From assembly GCA_051362555.1 (NCBI GenBank), contig CM120641.1:34788401-34852400 (forward strand): a stretch of DNA of 64,000 bases. Direction: 5' to 3'. The notes below the pieces were generated by a model, which did not search any database, had not been told where the DNA came from, and saw nothing but the letters and a program-made list of their open reading frames with translations. This stretch comes from Lingula anatina. Taxonomy: Eukaryota > Animalia > Brachiopoda. Below are positions 61,401 to 64,000 of this stretch, one piece after another (the first letter of the stretch is position 1; each line of letters starts with the position of its first letter). A program made the translations under genes and the position numbers.

Positions 61401-63149
61401 GATGCACTTTCTGGGTATCTGTGTGAGTACATTTTTTTGCGTAGATAATAATGGTGGGTCAAAGGGAGGTCACAGCGGATACATGCTTTGCTCTTGCCTT
61501 ACCTATTAAGGTACCTTTCCATCCTCACCCCCACCCCCACCACCCCACCCCCCGAAAAAGAAAAAATTAGTAATAGTATAACGAAAAAAGACAAAACAGC
61601 ATAATAATGCTACTCCAGGTACAAAAATGTACAGCCAATGCAACAGTAGGGTGGTTATATGGGTGCTTTCCCAGAAATTTAGATCGATCTAAAGATTAAA
61701 TAAAGAAGACATTGCTATTACTGTCAATACAGTCATTTCAAGCAAAACAAACCCATCAGAAAATTTTTAGAAACATATCCCCTACCGATTGCAAAACTTT
61801 CGCATATGTTCTATTAGGTTCAGGCTATTGGGGGTTCAGGCTAAATAGCAGTCAGCCGAGCGGATACCATAGTTAATTACCCCCTTACAGCTTTTAGTAG
61901 GAGGGACAGACGCTTAAGCCGACCAAGCTGACAGTAATCTAGTGAGACTCCCCACAGGGATAGATCGATCTAAAAATCTATGGAAATGGGGTGTAAGTGA
62001 ACCAGATCCAGACCTCCCAATGATCAGAACATCTAGAAAAATAATCTCATTATAACTTTGCATGTGGAACGCCATCACTTTACAAACGCTACGTAAATTT
62101 TGATTCCACGCACAGACACATCAGGTGCGTCCTCAAACCCAGAGGATACAGTAATAAATACTAAAATGTGAGTTTGATAGTTTTCACTATGGCTAGCTTA
62201 TTTATTGGTTGTACAGTCCGTAAAATTTTGTGAGAAAATCATTTTAGAAGTTGAGTAAAAAACATTCGTTTATGAGATGACTTTCTGTGTCACTTTACGC
62301 ATTGCATTAGGAGTGACACTTTTATTTGGTGGAGGATTACATGTATATTAACATTTAGTTACACAGAAACTGAGTAGTCCAGTTGTTTTTGAGGAGACTG
62401 AATGCAGTGCAGCCCAATCAATGTAGTCATATTGCAGTTTTGAAATAAATAAATAAATATAGTCTGCTATATTCGCCGGCATGTATTCATCAAGCAAAAG
62501 GGTCGGACCTAATAGAACATATGCGAAAGTTTTACAATCAGTAGGGGATATGTTTCTAAACAAATTCTGATGGGTTTGTTTTGCTTGAAATGACTGTATT
62601 GACAGTAATAGCAATGTCTTCTTTATTTAAAAAATGACCTGTCGTGCACATTTTTAGATTCGCTCATGTCCAGTCATTCAAAAACAGTTTTCCAATCACA
62701 CTAATGGTTCGGGACTTATAGGTCACGAGTTTTCCACAGAAAAATTAAGCTTTGCTTCTTTAACGCCTTCACCAGGATACGTTTAACATTTTATTGGTCA
62801 CTGGGGGCAAAGGGAGTAACACACACTGGATCCTAATCTAAAAAAAACATTAATTGATTTTGCACTTATGAACAATTCCGGTAGCTTGCTGCTGCACAAC
62901 GCAGAAATAATCTCACTTTTACTGAAAGTGCAGTTATCAGTAGGGTTGTCATTGCTTACTTACAGAAAAAGATTTTTAAAAAACTGCCATAGTAACGTGT
63001 TTTTAAGAGAATGTATCTTTCTATTATTATAACTCAAACTATCTGTAATTTTTAGATTGGGTGGTGGCTAGAGTTTGACAGTTCATATTTTCCATACGGA
63101 GATGGAGCTTTTGATGATATTGTAATTACTCAAGAAGAATGTCCTGCCG
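58436..63149 (+). CDS. Tandem paralog of the MAM mosaic gene, exons 1-4 (58436-58511, 60575-60750, 61152-61388, 63056-63149); probably continues beyond the window
   Basis: Identical exon sizes (76/176/237/94) and splice phases, about 90% aa identity in MAM1, homologous promoter (~57756-58435 vs ~11092-11503) and intron segments. Confidence 0.92.
59767..60013. mobile_element. PIF/Harbinger-type MITE, absent from gene copy 1
   Basis: tta-GGGACCATTCCC...GGGAACCCAGTC-tta; empty site at ~14228. Confidence 0.78.
60299..60531. mobile_element. PIF/Harbinger-type fold-back MITE (paralogous copy of 14560-14792)
   Basis: tta-GGGCTCATTCCC...GGGAATGAGACC-tta. Confidence 0.8.
61661..61993. mobile_element. 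PIF/Harbinger-type MITE with an internal inverted templated insert
   Basis: Ends match the 37671 copy; 61696-61819 is extra sequence. Confidence 0.75.
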
Positions 63150-63570
63150 GTGAGTAAACACTTATCATGGCTAAAAAAAATTAGAGTAATACTAGAAAGC
63201 AGTATTAAGACAAAGTAGACCTCCACCAAGGCAAGTCATTTCTCATTTCAATTTATTAAATAGTTAATCAATAGATAAGTGGCTAAAACAAATTGATTCC
63301 AAGTTAGCCAATTTATGGCCTATCCTGTACATTTTATGAAAGTCCTTCCATAACCATGAACTTTTTGCGTTAGGGTGTTAACTAGCAAACCAATAAAGGG
63401 CAAAACAGAACCGTCTAGGCTACGCTCTAACAGTGATCTCTCCAAGGCCTTATTTAAAGGAAATAGCCCTTGTGATCTCCAGTCTTGGGTTTGTGACTGC
63501 AAGTGCAGACTTGATGGTGCAAACATAAAAATTGTCAATTTTATGGAATCCCAGGAGGGCCAAGCGAAAA

Positions 63571-63602
<32 letters not shown>

Positions 63603-64000
63603 CGAAAAGCGAAATTGAAAAAAAAAAAAAAAAAAAAAAACGAAAAAAAAACGAAAAGCGAAATTTGCTAGATCGCGTGTAATCTCGCGAGATCGCGCGT
63701 AATCCCGCGTGGTCGCGCGAAATCCCGAGAGATCAATCTGTTTCATTTTCAAAATGAAATTGAAAAAAAAAACACGAAATCTCGCGAGAAAGTGCGAGAA
63801 AAAAAAAGCATGGCGAATGAGGCAGGGAGTGGTTGTTCAAAATGCCGACATTGCACCGAACATGAGGAAGATGTCATTTTTAAAGGGAAAACGAAACCAA
63901 ATGTCAACAAAGGACCGGCCCCAGTGCGCGGGATGCAAATACGTAAGTTGTTGACTATCTTTAATTGGAGTAATCAATGGTCTGGTGCAATGTAGTCACG

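Overview
AT-rich, intron-rich animal DNA. The repeat content looks like a lophotrochozoan/mollusc-type invertebrate, but the species cannot be fixed from sequence alone. I spliced the genes by hand using GT-AG sites and reading phase. (1) Minus strand, 110-5773: the 5' half of a DNMT3 de novo DNA methyltransferase (long basic N-terminus, PWWP, ADD); the catalytic domain lies left of the window. (2) Plus strand, 11504-42737+: a 47-exon gene for a secreted-type mosaic protein of at least 2,676 aa, ordered SP-MAMx7-F-type lectin-MAMx2-CCPx2-C-type lectin-WSC-fibrinogen-like subdomain-F5/8C-WSC-CCPx3-WSC-CCP; its C-terminus is unresolved. (3) From 58436: a tandem paralog of that gene (exons 1-4 in the window) with clustered amino-acid changes in MAM1. 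Non-coding DNA holds a Penelope RT fragment flanked by inverted pseudo-LTRs with hammerhead-like motifs, a 2.86-kb TA-flanked TIR element carrying a CpG-rich ~300-bp higher-order tandem array, PIF/Harbinger-type and CAGG-ended MITEs, a LINE 3' fragment and a Helentron-like element. Most notable: the multi-lectin MAM gene pair, and a DNMT3 that combines a DNMT3A1-UDR-like motif with an altered PWWP aromatic cage. No database searches were run; family assignments and human residue numbers are from recalled motifs.
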